Of a DNA stretch of 47,263 bases, positions 19,901 through 28,939 are shown one piece after another. Numbering within the stretch: the first letter of the stretch is position 1; the number at the start of each line of letters is the position of its first letter. The translations under genes were made by a program, and so were the position numbers. Under the pieces are notes generated by a model. That model had not been told where the DNA came from. It saw only the letters and a list, made by a program, of their open reading frames with translations, and searched no databases. The DNA comes from Bacteroidales bacterium (GTDB taxonomy: Bacteria > Bacteroidota > Bacteroidia > Bacteroidales > Paludibacteraceae): positions 4,156 through 51,418 of the forward strand of contig JAUNIJ010000001.1 of the NCBI GenBank assembly GCA_030523485.1. The letters are read 5' to 3'.

Positions 19901-20009
19901 TAGCAAGCCACTGGTTAAGCTGTGCCACATAATTAGTCTCAGCATAACCATGCTTAGGGCAAACAAGCAACGCAGTGAGTAGGAGTAGGAAGACTATCCG
20001 CTGTTTCAT
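16965..20009 (-). CDS. Large secreted protein with a split Amidase_3 (MurNAc-LAA)-like fold, an inserted beta-sandwich/CBM-like module, an FN3-like domain and an unknown C-terminal region
   Basis: Signal peptide is LLVCPKHGYA. Amidase_3-like pieces are IALWNSHGYYY...TVEDKLSTSYVLDYLLPMLEHAGANVLLPRERD (aa about 155-215), LSLALHTDAG (aa 476-485) and ESRMPHTPAMILELLSHQN (aa 555-573). The insert carries WQAEIPEDGDYAVYVSYHSYKNSGVAHYAVYHAGGVTHVDVNQRMGGGTWIYLGTYHF. The FN3-like segment is VTGFAVTMKGDSVRLSWHP...YKVTAVNDGGESFPSE. Confidence 0.6.
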   Translation of the reverse strand: MKQRIVFLLLLTALLVCPKHGYAETNYVAQLNQWLANYDSIYATIGKVRVLRVRRNEQTLECDVYLNAYFGSASFRNELIDKMEREVRHIVGTQYTVNFYTDNVNVRQLVPNFFQPKAQRDASRHSAAGTRPSVPLVSNKSKPYHIRYGLQGRHIALWNSHGYYYNQQTNQWTWQRPRLLLTVEDKLSTSYVLDYLLPMLEHAGANVLLPRERDTQTHEVIVDNDGSTKGSKYEEIIKVGRPIVDTAAFAIPDTVLTVGENPFRAGTSHTFPTAVDGRNKIIWQAEIPEDGDYAVYVSYHSYKNSGVAHYAVYHAGGVTHVDVNQRMGGGTWIYLGTYHFKQGGHDNSRVVLSNLGPDNKHVVSADAVRFGGGMGNVARKPAEAEVVAEQKKKNPKLKWTTNNANAPYITSCVPRYLEGARYWMQWAGIPQTVYEYSGGINDYKDDYASRGNWVNYLLGGSSYDPDSVGLNIPLDLSLALHTDAGNIPDTIVGTLAICTVEDNNLPRKTVNPNGQSRWASHDLADLVSTSVVDDIRRVYAPNWSSRGIRNGNYAESRMPHTPAMILELLSHQNFEDLQLGLDPRFQFLTARAIYKGVLRFVASQNNTDYVVQPLPVTGFAVTMKGDSVRLSWHPVLDSLEPSAKPTGYVVYTRMENGGFDNGILVRDTTKTLALPIGKIVSYKVTAVNDGGESFPSEVLCAYRAHRHDSPVLIVNGFTRICGPEGWKKDGNAGFYDYLDHGVPYGRNLAYVGRQHEFNRAKPWVTDDNPGFGHSMAEYETAIVKGNTFDFCYVHGKALKESDCSFVSSSVEAVEHGKVNLNDYKMVDLFLGEQRSTRFGYLDSTFNFVTFTPKMMALLTDYSKHHGALLVSGAHIGVDNYLVNPSEEKKQFLSDVLRIRYKKSNAASRGLLEGVVSKNVQVIGKFQFSTKPDGETYEVESADALSPAQSDACAVMRYVDTGLVAAVTGKSSGFTTFVCGFPFEAIENEEQRNGLMHQIVQILLKDKATTSISKK

Positions 20010-20020
20010 GACATGTTTTA

Positions 20021-21010
20021 TTAGTCGTTAGCTTGATGAACGGTAACCTGTGGGAATGGGAATCCGATGCCTTCTTTGTTGAATATTTCGTAAACCTTAC
20101 GATTCATATCAAAGAATACAGTCCAATAGTCGGCGCTGTTGCACCAAACTCGCACAGTGATATTAACGCTACTATCAGCTAATTCGCCCAATTCGATAAA
20201 TGGCTCCGGCGTTTTTAATATGTGTTCATCAGCATCGATAATACGCATAAGCACTAGTTTCGCCTGTTCAAAGTCTTGGCCATATTCTACACCAAACGAG
20301 AAATCAACACGTCGTAGAGGTTGTTCGCTATAGTTGGTAAGTACACTACCACTAATAGAACCATTAGGCACGATGATAACTTTATTGTCGAGGCTTTTCA
20401 ATCGTGTAGTAAAGATTTGTACACTTTCCACCACACCCTGAATGCCATTTGTCTCAATATAGTCACCTATTTTATAAGGTTTCTGAAGTAAGATGAGTAC
20501 ACCACCTGCAAGGTTCTGCATCTGACCACTCATAGCCATACCAATAGCCACACCAGCAGATGCTAGGAGCGCTGCAAATGAGGTTGTTTCAATGCCCAAC
20601 GCACCGACAACCGAAATAATTAAAATAACATTTAAACTAACGCTAACAATACTACCGATGAAAGACTTTACTTCAGGCACTACATTACGACGTTCCAAGA
20701 AACCATTCACGAAACGTTTTAGAAAACGAACAATGTAGCGTCCGACAATATAGATGACAACAGCCATTAGTATTTTTTTCCCAAAACTGACGCTTAGTTC
20801 GATTAGTTGTTGTAACAAGATGCCTAATTTATCGACACTTGCTGCACCAACACCTTGGAGGTTTCCATGTGCAAGGCTATCGACAAGGGTGGTTGTAATG
20901 TCGCTCATTGCGCTCTTAACTTCCTCTACACGAGCACTGTCGGCAGCAAGCCCCTCCAGGGTATCTACGACAGCATCTTCTACTTGTGTTATTTTATCTG
21001 CTTCAATCAT
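20021..21010 (-). CDS. Small-conductance mechanosensitive channel (MscS family)
   Basis: TM helices are followed by the MscS beta-domain KPYKIGDYIETNGIQGVVESVQIFTTRLKSLDNKVIIVPNGSISGSVLTNYS. Confidence 0.9.
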   Translation of the reverse strand: MIEADKITQVEDAVVDTLEGLAADSARVEEVKSAMSDITTTLVDSLAHGNLQGVGAASVDKLGILLQQLIELSVSFGKKILMAVVIYIVGRYIVRFLKRFVNGFLERRNVVPEVKSFIGSIVSVSLNVILIISVVGALGIETTSFAALLASAGVAIGMAMSGQMQNLAGGVLILLQKPYKIGDYIETNGIQGVVESVQIFTTRLKSLDNKVIIVPNGSISGSVLTNYSEQPLRRVDFSFGVEYGQDFEQAKLVLMRIIDADEHILKTPEPFIELGELADSSVNITVRVWCNSADYWTVFFDMNRKVYEIFNKEGIGFPFPQVTVHQAND

Positions 21011-21043
21011 TGTTTGTTATATTACATATTTTACTTTAGGCTA

Positions 21044-21051
21044 CAAAGGTA
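21044..21051 (-). promoter_or_regulatory. Candidate -7 box (TAccTTTG) for mscS / 1014-aa gene / pssA
   Basis: Plus-strand caaaggta, about 35 nt upstream of the mscS ATG. Confidence 0.5.
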
Positions 21052-21093
21052 CGATTTTCTACCGACACCATACTATAAAGGGAGAATTAAGGA

Positions 21094-21135
21094 CAAAAAA
21101 AATCGCCCAAATAGTTTATCCGGGCGACTTTTTAT
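21094..21135 (-). terminator. Rho-independent terminator of rplS
   Basis: Stem tcgccc (21103-21108) pairs with gggcga (21122-21127). It is flanked by an A-run on the left and a T-run on the right, so the minus strand reads stem plus tttttttt. Confidence 0.7.
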
Positions 21136-21161
21136 TTTTCCAAAGAGAAGAAGCTGAACGA

Positions 21162-21515
21162 TTAGTTCATGCGTTTTTCTCTGATACGTGCTTTCTTACC
21201 AGTTAAGTTACGGAGGTAATAGAGTTTAGCACGACGAACTTTACCAACTTTGTTCAATTCGATGCTATCGATGAATGGTGAGTCAATTGGAAAGATACGT
21301 TCCACACCTACATTGTCAGAGATTTTTCTAACGGTGAAGTGCTTTTTCTCGCCATGTCCAACGATTTTAATAACCACACCACGGTACATCTGGATACGCT
21401 CTTTGTTACCTTCTTTGATGCGGTAAGCAATGGTGATAGTGTCACCACTTTTGAACTTAGGATAGTTGTGCTCTACAGCGAAAGCTTGTTCGGCAACTTT
21501 AATGAAATCTGTCAT
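21162..21515 (-). CDS. rplS: 50S ribosomal protein L19
   Basis: [12 protein letters not shown]...[31 protein letters not shown]...[16 protein letters not shown]. The start at 21515 gives the typical 117 aa, while the ORF-track start at 21551 adds 12 atypical residues. Confidence 0.95.
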   Translation of the reverse strand: MTDFIKVAEQAFAVEHNYPKFKSGDTITIAYRIKEGNKERIQMYRGVVIKIVGHGEKKHFTVRKISDNVGVERIFPIDSPFIDSIELNKVGKVRRAKLYYLRNLTGKKARIREKRMN

Positions 21516-21596
21516 TGTAATAGTTTTATTAAGTTGATGATAGTGCAACATTCACAGGTCACTACATTGTCCTATCAGCGGTTACACTTTGGGCGG

Positions 21597-21604
21597 CAAA
21601 ATTA
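21597..21604 (-). promoter_or_regulatory. Candidate -7 box (TAatTTTG) for rplS
   Basis: Plus-strand caaaatta upstream of rplS. Confidence 0.5.
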
Positions 21605-21689
21605 CAACATTATTTTTATTTACACAACCCCTCAAAAAAATAATACTTATCCTTTCTTTGTCAAACACCTTCAACACAGAGTTTTTTGT

Positions 21690-21697
21690 TATCTTTG
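21690..21697 (+). promoter_or_regulatory. Candidate -7 box (TAtcTTTG) for the nitroreductase gene
   Basis: tatctttg on the plus strand, about 138 nt upstream of the ATG at 21835. Confidence 0.45.
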
Positions 21698-21834
21698 CAC
21701 CGCATTACTTGCCTCACAATAGAAACAACAACGCATTTGTTTTCACTCTGTTGTAGCCTTAGTTATCGTCGACATAAAAAAGACTATAAGCAAGGAAATG
21801 CACCCAATTCTACACATTATTAATATTACAAGCA

Positions 21835-22575
21835 ATGGAAACAATCAACACTCGACGCACAATACGTAAATATACCACCCAACCAGTGAGCGACGAGCTA
21901 CTAAACAGACTTTTAGCAGAGGCATCGCACACACAAACAATGGGCAATCTACAACTTTACTCTGTAGTAATTACGAAAAACGATGCACAAAAAGCCGCCT
22001 TAGCGCCAGCACACTTCAACCAACCAATGGTAAAAAATGCGTCTGTGGTGCTGACTATCTGCGCCGACTTTAGACGCACTACCATTTGGTGCGAAAACCG
22101 CAAAGCTGAGCCTGGCTACAATAATTTTTTATCGTTTATCAACGCAGCAACAGACGCCTTGTTGTTCACCCAAACATTCTGTAACTTAGCAGAAGAGGAA
22201 GGCCTTGGACTTTGTTTTCTTGGCACAACAGTCTATATGCCAAAAATGATTATTGACGTATTAAAACTGCCTAAACTAGTAATGCCTATTGCCACGCTCA
22301 CCGTAGGATGGCCCGACGAGACGCCAGAACTCAGCGACCGTCTCGATGTGTCCGCCTTTGTACACCAAGAAACTTATCACGATTACACCCCACAAGACAT
22401 CGACAAACACTACGCTAAGAAAGAAAGTTTGGAGGAGAACAAGCACTTTGTAACTATCAACAACAAAGAGACTTTAGCACAGATTTTCACCGACATCCGC
22501 TACACCAAACGTGACAACGAAGCTATGAGTACAGGCATGCTGGAAGCACTACGTCAACAAGGATTTTTAGAATAA
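21835..22575 (+). CDS. Nitroreductase-family (FMN-dependent NAD(P)H oxidoreductase) protein
   Basis: The N-terminal signature is INTRRTIRKYTTQPVSDELLNRLL. The 246-aa length and GLGLCFLGT are typical of the family. Confidence 0.8.
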   Translation: METINTRRTIRKYTTQPVSDELLNRLLAEASHTQTMGNLQLYSVVITKNDAQKAALAPAHFNQPMVKNASVVLTICADFRRTTIWCENRKAEPGYNNFLSFINAATDALLFTQTFCNLAEEEGLGLCFLGTTVYMPKMIIDVLKLPKLVMPIATLTVGWPDETPELSDRLDVSAFVHQETYHDYTPQDIDKHYAKKESLEENKHFVTINNKETLAQIFTDIRYTKRDNEAMSTGMLEALRQQGFLE

Positions 22576-22597
22576 TATTTCACACTAGAAAAAAAAT

Positions 22598-22640
22598 AGA
22601 GACGCACACCCCTTATCGTGTGCGTCTCCACTTTTTTAAA
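22598..22640 (+). terminator. Rho-independent terminator after the nitroreductase gene
   Basis: An 11-bp stem, gagacgcacac paired with gtgtgcgtctc, is followed by cactttttt. Confidence 0.8.
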
Positions 22641-22711
22641 TAGCAAACTGTCAGAAAAAAGTTTAGACAAAGAATCACCTCCAAAGAAATAGGAAATTTG
22701 AAAAAAGATAC

Positions 22712-22719
22712 TATCTTTG
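22712..22719 (+). promoter_or_regulatory. Candidate -7 box (TAtcTTTG) for the nqr operon
   Basis: tatctttg lies about 100 nt upstream of the nqrA ATG. Confidence 0.55.
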
Positions 22720-22821
22720 CAATTGATTTGCTAACAGTGTGTTCTGTAAAAAGGATGCACCGTAGGTGATTAGTGTACAGCTAATTAGCGAACAAAAAGA
22801 AACAAACGTAATTTCATTTAT

Positions 22822-24174
22822 ATGGAAACCTTAAAAGTAAAAAAAGGATTGAACATTGCCATCTCTGGCAACGCAACCCATGAAACTGTCTCAGCACGCA
22901 AGCCACAAACAGTGGCAATGGTGCCTGACGATTTCCATGGTCTGACTCCAAAAGTTGCAGTGAAAGAGGGTGATGCCGTTAAGGTTGGTAGCGTATTGTT
23001 TTTCGACAAAAAACACCCAGAACTTAAAGTTACGTCGCCAGTAAGTGGCACCGTAGCAGAAGTTAAACGTGGCGACCGTCGAAAATTGCTTTACATTTCG
23101 GTAAACGTAGCCGAAGAGCAAACTTACGATCCATTCGAGACTGGCAACCAAACCCCTGAAAACATTCGCAACGTAGTATTTGGTAGTGGCTTTGGTGCAT
23201 TCATCATGCAACGCCCCTACGGCGTAGTAGCCAACCCAGAAGTAACGCCAAACAACATCTTCGTATCTGCTTTCGACACTGCACCGCTAGCTGCCGACTA
23301 CAACTACGTATTGGCAGGCAAAGAAGTTGACGTACAAACAGGTCTTTCTGCCTTAGCAAAACTCACCAACGGCAAAGTTTACTACACAGTAAACAAAGAG
23401 ACCAATGCCGCACTTCGCAACATGAAAAATGTGGAAGTGAACGAAATGAACGGACCACATCCTGCTGGTTTGGTTGGTACACAGATCAACGCTCTCTGCC
23501 CAATCAATAAAGGCGACGTGGTTTGGACAATGAACATTCAAGACGTAGCATTGCTTGGCAAGTTTATCCGTACAGGTAAAATCGACTTCACAAAAACCAT
23601 TGCTGTAGTAGGACCAGAAGCCAAAGCACCAAAATACATCAACACGATTATTGGTGCACCTGTAGCCGACATTGTTAACGGTAACCTCATCAACGACAAG
23701 AAACTTCGTATCATCAATGGTAACGTGCTCACAGGTGAAGCATGTGCAGAAGGTGCATTCCAAAACCCACTGAAAAACGAAATCACTGTCATTGCAGAGG
23801 GCGACACAGCTGACGAAATGTTTGGTTGGATAGCTCCACGCTTCAACATGTTCAGCAACAGTAACCTCTTTACAGCAAAATTGGCAAGATGCCTCAACAA
23901 GAACAAAACCTTCAAATTTGATGCACGCATACTTGGCGGCGAAAGAGCTTTCATCGCTAGCAATGAAATCGAAAAAGTGTTCCCACTCGACATCATGCCA
24001 GAACAACTTGTAAAAGCAATGATTGCTAAGAACCTCGATAAGATGGAACAACTCGGTGCTTACGAAATTATTCCCGAAGATTTCGCCCTATGCGAATATG
24101 TATGCACATCAAAAATCGAGATACAACACATCGTGCGCGAATCGTTAGATTACATGCGTAACGAACTTGAATAA
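22822..24174 (+). CDS. nqrA: Na+-translocating NADH:quinone oxidoreductase subunit A
   Basis: 450 aa, with an N-terminus LKVKKGLNIAISG typical of NqrA. It is the first gene of a six-gene nqr cluster in canonical order. Confidence 0.9.
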   Translation: METLKVKKGLNIAISGNATHETVSARKPQTVAMVPDDFHGLTPKVAVKEGDAVKVGSVLFFDKKHPELKVTSPVSGTVAEVKRGDRRKLLYISVNVAEEQTYDPFETGNQTPENIRNVVFGSGFGAFIMQRPYGVVANPEVTPNNIFVSAFDTAPLAADYNYVLAGKEVDVQTGLSALAKLTNGKVYYTVNKETNAALRNMKNVEVNEMNGPHPAGLVGTQINALCPINKGDVVWTMNIQDVALLGKFIRTGKIDFTKTIAVVGPEAKAPKYINTIIGAPVADIVNGNLINDKKLRIINGNVLTGEACAEGAFQNPLKNEITVIAEGDTADEMFGWIAPRFNMFSNSNLFTAKLARCLNKNKTFKFDARILGGERAFIASNEIEKVFPLDIMPEQLVKAMIAKNLDKMEQLGAYEIIPEDFALCEYVCTSKIEIQHIVRESLDYMRNELE

Positions 24175-24209
24175 CTCAACATTAGAAAAAAAACAAAACT
24201 TCAAGCAAT

Positions 24210-25409
24210 ATGAATTTTCTAAAGAAAACTGTAGATAGACTCGAGCCAACATTCTCGGAAGGCGGCAAACTGTCGAAGTTACACTCGGTTTTCGATGGTT
24301 TTAAAACATTCATGTTTGTTCCAAACACCACATCAAAAAGCGGTGTTAACATCCATGATGCCATCGACTCCAAGCGACTTATGATTACAGTAGTGATAGC
24401 ATTGATTCCCGCATTGCTTTTTGGCATGTGGAACGTAGGCTATCAACACTTCATGGCAATTGGAACTGAAGCTGGTTTCTGGCAACAATTCTGGTTTGGC
24501 TTCCTTGCCGTACTACCAAAACTCTTGGTATCTTACATCGTAGGTCTAACTATTGAGTTTATCGGCGCACAAATTAAAAAAGAAGAGATTCAGGAAGGTT
24601 TCCTTGTATCAGGCATCCTGATTCCTATGATAGTTCCTGTTGACACCCCTTTGTGGATGCTCGGCTTAGCAACAGCTTTTGCTGTTATCTTCGCAAAAGA
24701 AGTATTCGGTGGTACTGGCTACAACATTTTCAACGTGGCCCTTGTAACCCGTGCATTCCTATTCTTCGCTTACCCAACCTCAATGAGCGGTGACAAAGTA
24801 TGGGTTCGTACACGCGATGCCTTCTGGTGGGGTGCTGGCGAAAATGTTGATGGTTTCACCGGTGCAACGCCACTCGGTCAATTAGCAACATCAAACAGCG
24901 CGGACCCAATCTTCCACAACATCCTCAACCAAGCCATTGGATTCAAAGAAGCATTTCTTGGACTTATCCCTGGTTCAATTGGCGAGACAAGCACATTAGC
25001 CATTTTGATTGGCGCTCTCCTACTCATCATCACTGGTGTAGCAAGTTGGAAAACCATGCTCTCTGTGTTTATTGGTGGCGCACTCACAGCATTCGCATTC
25101 AACCAATGGGGTCCTGACACTGCTATTGCTAACTTACCTTGGTACGAACACCTTGTACTCGGAGGCTTCGCTTTCGGTGCAGTATTCATGGCTACCGACC
25201 CTGTAACTTCAGCACGCACAGAAACAGGCAAATGGATTTACGGTCTACTCATCGGTATGATGGCTATCGTAGTCAGAGTTCTGAACCCAGGTTATCCAGA
25301 AGGTATGATGCTTGCCATCCTATTGATGAATATCTTCGGATGTCTCATCGACTACTTTGTGGTTCAAAGCAACATCAAGAAAAGAATGAAACGTATTTCA
25401 AATAAGTAG
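24210..25409 (+). CDS. nqrB: Na+-NQR subunit B
   Basis: Polytopic, 399 aa. The covalent-FMN site motif is DGFTGATPLG, and MATDPVTS is present. Confidence 0.93.
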   Translation: MNFLKKTVDRLEPTFSEGGKLSKLHSVFDGFKTFMFVPNTTSKSGVNIHDAIDSKRLMITVVIALIPALLFGMWNVGYQHFMAIGTEAGFWQQFWFGFLAVLPKLLVSYIVGLTIEFIGAQIKKEEIQEGFLVSGILIPMIVPVDTPLWMLGLATAFAVIFAKEVFGGTGYNIFNVALVTRAFLFFAYPTSMSGDKVWVRTRDAFWWGAGENVDGFTGATPLGQLATSNSADPIFHNILNQAIGFKEAFLGLIPGSIGETSTLAILIGALLLIITGVASWKTMLSVFIGGALTAFAFNQWGPDTAIANLPWYEHLVLGGFAFGAVFMATDPVTSARTETGKWIYGLLIGMMAIVVRVLNPGYPEGMMLAILLMNIFGCLIDYFVVQSNIKKRMKRISNK

Positions 25410-25413
25410 AGCC

Positions 25414-26193
25414 ATGGCAGAAAACGAAACAAAAAAAGGACTCAACAAAAATAGCAACATATACATTATTGTATACACGATTGTAATCGTAGCTATTGTA
25501 GCCTTGTTACTTTCAATCACCTCAGGCGCACTGAAAGAGAGACAAGACAAAAACATCGAGCTCGACAAAAAGAAACAAATTCTTAGTTCTTTGCCCGCCA
25601 TCAACCTTGTTGGTGCAGATGCAGAGCAACTCTATAACGAAACCATCAAAGATTATGTATTGCTCGACGAAAATGGCAACACAGTAACAACAGGCGTTGA
25701 CTTCAACTACAAAGTTGCTGACAACGAATTGCCAATGTACATTGCTGAAATCGACGGTAAAACAAAATACATCATTCCACTGAATGGTGCAGGTCTTTGG
25801 GGAGCCATCTGGGGTTATATCGCATTTAACGAAGACAAAAACACTGTCTATGGCGTTTACTTCTCACACGCTGGCGAGACTCCAGGTCTTGGTGCTAAGA
25901 TTGCCGACAAAGAATTCCAACAACAATTTGAAGGCAAACAAGTGATGAAAGCAGGCACCTTTGCTTCAATTGCCGTTATGAAAGAAGGACAAGAAGCAGA
26001 AGGTATGGATAAAGTTGACGCAATCTCTGGTGGCACCATTACTTCAAAAGGTGTAGAAACTATGCTTAAAGACTGCCTCGGCAAATACAGCGCATTCTTC
26101 GGCAGTAACATTCAAGAAGATTCATCAGAACATATCGACGCAGAAACAACTGTCGACGAAGAAGAAATCAATAACGAGGAGGAAACACTATGA
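25414..26193 (+). CDS. nqrC: Na+-NQR subunit C
   Basis: It has a single N-terminal TM and the FMN attachment motif DAISGGTITSKGV. There is an unusual acidic C-terminal tail, TVDEEEINNEEETL. Its end overlaps the nqrD start by 4 nt. Confidence 0.9.
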   Translation: MAENETKKGLNKNSNIYIIVYTIVIVAIVALLLSITSGALKERQDKNIELDKKKQILSSLPAINLVGADAEQLYNETIKDYVLLDENGNTVTTGVDFNYKVADNELPMYIAEIDGKTKYIIPLNGAGLWGAIWGYIAFNEDKNTVYGVYFSHAGETPGLGAKIADKEFQQQFEGKQVMKAGTFASIAVMKEGQEAEGMDKVDAISGGTITSKGVETMLKDCLGKYSAFFGSNIQEDSSEHIDAETTVDEEEINNEEETL

Positions 26194-26816
26194 AATTGAG
26201 TGATAATGTAAAAAACACATTACTTGGCCCTCTTAGCAAAAACAACCCAGTAGCAGTTCAAGTGTTAGGCATCTGCTCTGCATTGGCAGTAACAGTAGAA
26301 CTGAAACCAGCTATCGTAATGGGCCTATCAGTAACTATCATCGTAGCATTAGCTAACGTGGTTATCTCATTACTCCGCAACACCATCCCTAGTAACATAC
26401 GTATCATCGTACAATTGGTAGTAGTAGCGGCTCTAGTAACCATTGTAAGTGAAACACTAAAAGCCTTTGCCTACGACATTAGTCTACAACTCTCTGTTTA
26501 CATCGGTCTAATCATCACCAACTGTATCCTTATGGGACGTTTGGAAGCATTTGCTATGGGCAACAAACCCGGTGCAGCATTCCTCGATGGTATCGGCAAT
26601 GGTATTGGATATGCCATCATCCTCATCATCGTTGCATTCTTCCGCGAACTATTAGGCGCAGGCAAACTGTTTGGCTTCCAAGTAATTCCACAATGGTGCT
26701 ACGATCATGGCTATGTTAACAACGGTTTGATGGTAATGCCAGCCATGGCCATGATTCTTGTGGCTTGCATTATTTGGGTACACCGCTCCGTCGATAAAGA
26801 CTTACAAGAGAAATAA
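26190..26816 (+). CDS. nqrD: Na+-NQR subunit D (NqrD/RnfE family)
   Basis: Hydrophobic 208-aa protein with LSKNNPVAVQVLGICSALAVT. Confidence 0.92.
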   Translation: MKLSDNVKNTLLGPLSKNNPVAVQVLGICSALAVTVELKPAIVMGLSVTIIVALANVVISLLRNTIPSNIRIIVQLVVVAALVTIVSETLKAFAYDISLQLSVYIGLIITNCILMGRLEAFAMGNKPGAAFLDGIGNGIGYAIILIIVAFFRELLGAGKLFGFQVIPQWCYDHGYVNNGLMVMPAMAMILVACIIWVHRSVDKDLQEK

Positions 26817-26871
26817 GCCCAAAGCATTGTTAAACCCAAAAGAAAAAGGCTTCTAAAGAAGTAAAAATAAT

Positions 26872-27519
26872 ATGGAACACGCACTTAATTTATTCATACG
26901 ATCCATCTTCGTGGACAACATGATTTTTGCGTTCTTCCTCGGTATGTGCTCCTACTTAGCCGTATCAAAGAACGTAAAAACCTCATTAGGACTAGGTGTT
27001 GCCGTAACTTTTGTGTTACTCATCACACTTCCTGTGAACTACCTCCTGCAGACCTATGTGCTCGGACCAGGAGCATTGGCATGGTTAGGCGAAGGCTTTG
27101 CTGACCTCGACCTCAGTTATCTAAGTTTCATCCTTTTCATCGCCGTAATTGCTGCTATCGTGCAACTCGTGGAAATGGTCGTTGAGAAATTCTCACCATC
27201 ACTCTATGCCTCACTCGGCATCTTCCTACCTCTGATTGCTGTAAACTGCGCCATCATGGGTGCTTCACTCTTTATGCAACAACGCATCGGCCTTGACGCC
27301 ACCGACCCCAAAGCACTTACAAACTTAACCGACACCATTTTCTACGCGCTCGGTTCTGGTCTCGGTTGGTTACTCGCCATCGTTGGTCTTGCTGCTATTA
27401 GGGAGAAAATGGAATACTCAAAAGTACCAGCCGCTCTTCGTGGCCTCGGCATCACATTCATCACTGTAGGACTCATGTCAATGGCATTCCTCTGTTTCTC
27501 AGGTTTGAAAATAGGATAA
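26872..27519 (+). CDS. nqrE: Na+-NQR subunit E (NqrE/RnfA family)
   Basis: 215 aa with [21 protein letters not shown] and [11 protein letters not shown]. Confidence 0.92.
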   Translation: MEHALNLFIRSIFVDNMIFAFFLGMCSYLAVSKNVKTSLGLGVAVTFVLLITLPVNYLLQTYVLGPGALAWLGEGFADLDLSYLSFILFIAVIAAIVQLVEMVVEKFSPSLYASLGIFLPLIAVNCAIMGASLFMQQRIGLDATDPKALTNLTDTIFYALGSGLGWLLAIVGLAAIREKMEYSKVPAALRGLGITFITVGLMSMAFLCFSGLKIG

Positions 27520-27523
27520 TCTT

Positions 27524-28810
27524 ATGGTACTAGAAATTAATTCATTATCAATACTCACATGCTTAGTGGTATTCTTAGCAGTCATCATTTTGCTTGTGAT
27601 CGTACTTTTGATAGCAAAACGCTATCTTGTTGCTTCTGGCAATGTAGAAGTAAAACTAAACGGAGAAAAAACACTGAGCATTCCAGCAGGCGGCTCACTG
27701 CTTTCCTCCCTTTCAAATGCTGGCGTATTCCTACCATCAGCATGTGGCGGTAAAGGCTCATGTGGCCAATGCAAATGCCAAGTACTTGACGGTGGTGGCG
27801 AAATACTCCCAACTGAAACCGTTCACTTCTCACGCAAACAAATGAAAGACCATTGGCGTCTCGGCTGTCAAGTGAAGGTGAAAAACAACATCGAAATGCA
27901 AGTACCTGAAGATGTGCTTGGCGTTAAAGAATGGGAATGCACTGTAATCGGCAACCGCAACGTTGCAACCTTCATCAAAGAATACAAAGTGCAACTACCT
28001 CCAGGAGAACACATGAACTTCGAACCTGGTTCGTACGCACAAATTCGTATCCCCGCATTCGACATCGACTACGACAAAGATATGGACAAGAGCCTTATCG
28101 GTGATCTCTACCTACCTGCATGGGAAAAATTTGGATTGTTCAACCTCAAATGTCACAACCCAGAACCAACCATTCGTGCCTACTCTATGGCTAACTATCC
28201 TGACGAAGGCGACATCATCACACTTACAGTCCGCATCGCTACCCCTCCTTTCAAACCCAAAGAACAAGGACCTGGCTTCATGGACGTAAATCCTGGTATC
28301 GCTTCATCATACATCTTCTCGCTCAAACCAGGCGACAAAGTAATCATGTCGGGACCATACGGTGAATTCCGCCCACAATACAACACCGGACGCGAAATGA
28401 TTTGGGTCGGCGGTGGTGCAGGTATGGCTCCACTACGTGCACAAATCATGCACTTACTCAAAACACTTAAAGTACGCGACCGCGAAATGCACTACTTTTA
28501 TGGTGCTCGTGCCATCGACGAAGTATTCTTCATGGAAGACTTCCTCGAACTCGAGAAAGAATTCCCGAACTTCCACTTCCACTTGGCACTCGACCGTCAA
28601 GACCCAAAAGCAGATAGCCTTGGTGTAAAATATACAGCAGGTTTCATTGCTCCAGTGCTTGGTGACACCTACCTCAAACAACACGATGCTCCAGAAGACA
28701 TCGAATACTACCTCTGTGGACCTCCTATGATGGCAAAAACTGTGCTTGACCTCTTGCACAGCCTTGGTGTTGAAGACGACATGATTCGATTCGACAACTT
28801 CGGCGGATAA
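27524..28810 (+). CDS. nqrF: Na+-NQR subunit F
   Basis: It has an N-terminal TM, the 2Fe-2S motif CGGKGSCGQCKC, the FAD site RAYSMANYP and the NAD site GGGAGMAPLR. Confidence 0.95.
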   Translation: MVLEINSLSILTCLVVFLAVIILLVIVLLIAKRYLVASGNVEVKLNGEKTLSIPAGGSLLSSLSNAGVFLPSACGGKGSCGQCKCQVLDGGGEILPTETVHFSRKQMKDHWRLGCQVKVKNNIEMQVPEDVLGVKEWECTVIGNRNVATFIKEYKVQLPPGEHMNFEPGSYAQIRIPAFDIDYDKDMDKSLIGDLYLPAWEKFGLFNLKCHNPEPTIRAYSMANYPDEGDIITLTVRIATPPFKPKEQGPGFMDVNPGIASSYIFSLKPGDKVIMSGPYGEFRPQYNTGREMIWVGGGAGMAPLRAQIMHLLKTLKVRDREMHYFYGARAIDEVFFMEDFLELEKEFPNFHFHLALDRQDPKADSLGVKYTAGFIAPVLGDTYLKQHDAPEDIEYYLCGPPMMAKTVLDLLHSLGVEDDMIRFDNFGG

Positions 28811-28831
28811 TCCCACATATAGGTAAACATT

Positions 28832-28869
28832 AAAATCCTCTCTCAACACAAATGGGAGAGGATTTTTTT
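28832..28869 (+). terminator. Rho-independent terminator of the nqr operon
   Basis: Stem aaaatcctctc pairs with gagaggatttt and is followed by a T-run. Confidence 0.8.
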
Positions 28870-28912
28870 CTATAAAAGCAGGCACCAAGTACACACAAAC
28901 AAAGAATAATGC

Positions 28913-28920
28913 TAACTTTG
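28913..28920 (+). promoter_or_regulatory. Candidate -7 box (TAacTTTG)
   Basis: taactttg ends 19 nt before the ATG at 28940. Confidence 0.5.
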
Positions 28921-28939
28921 CAACATCAAAAACACAAAT

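Noticed and set aside
21552-21834. Divergent strand-switch region considered as a possible replication origin
   Set aside because: I could find no cluster of DnaA-box-like TTATCCACA/TGTGGATAA sequences and there is no dnaA or dnaN nearby. The region is explained by two divergent promoters (rplS and the nitroreductase gene).
23353-24051. 232-aa and 152-aa minus-strand ORFs inside nqrA
   Set aside because: They are antisense to a well-supported nqrA inside a canonical six-gene operon. They are Cys/Phe/Val-rich translations with no signal or motif.
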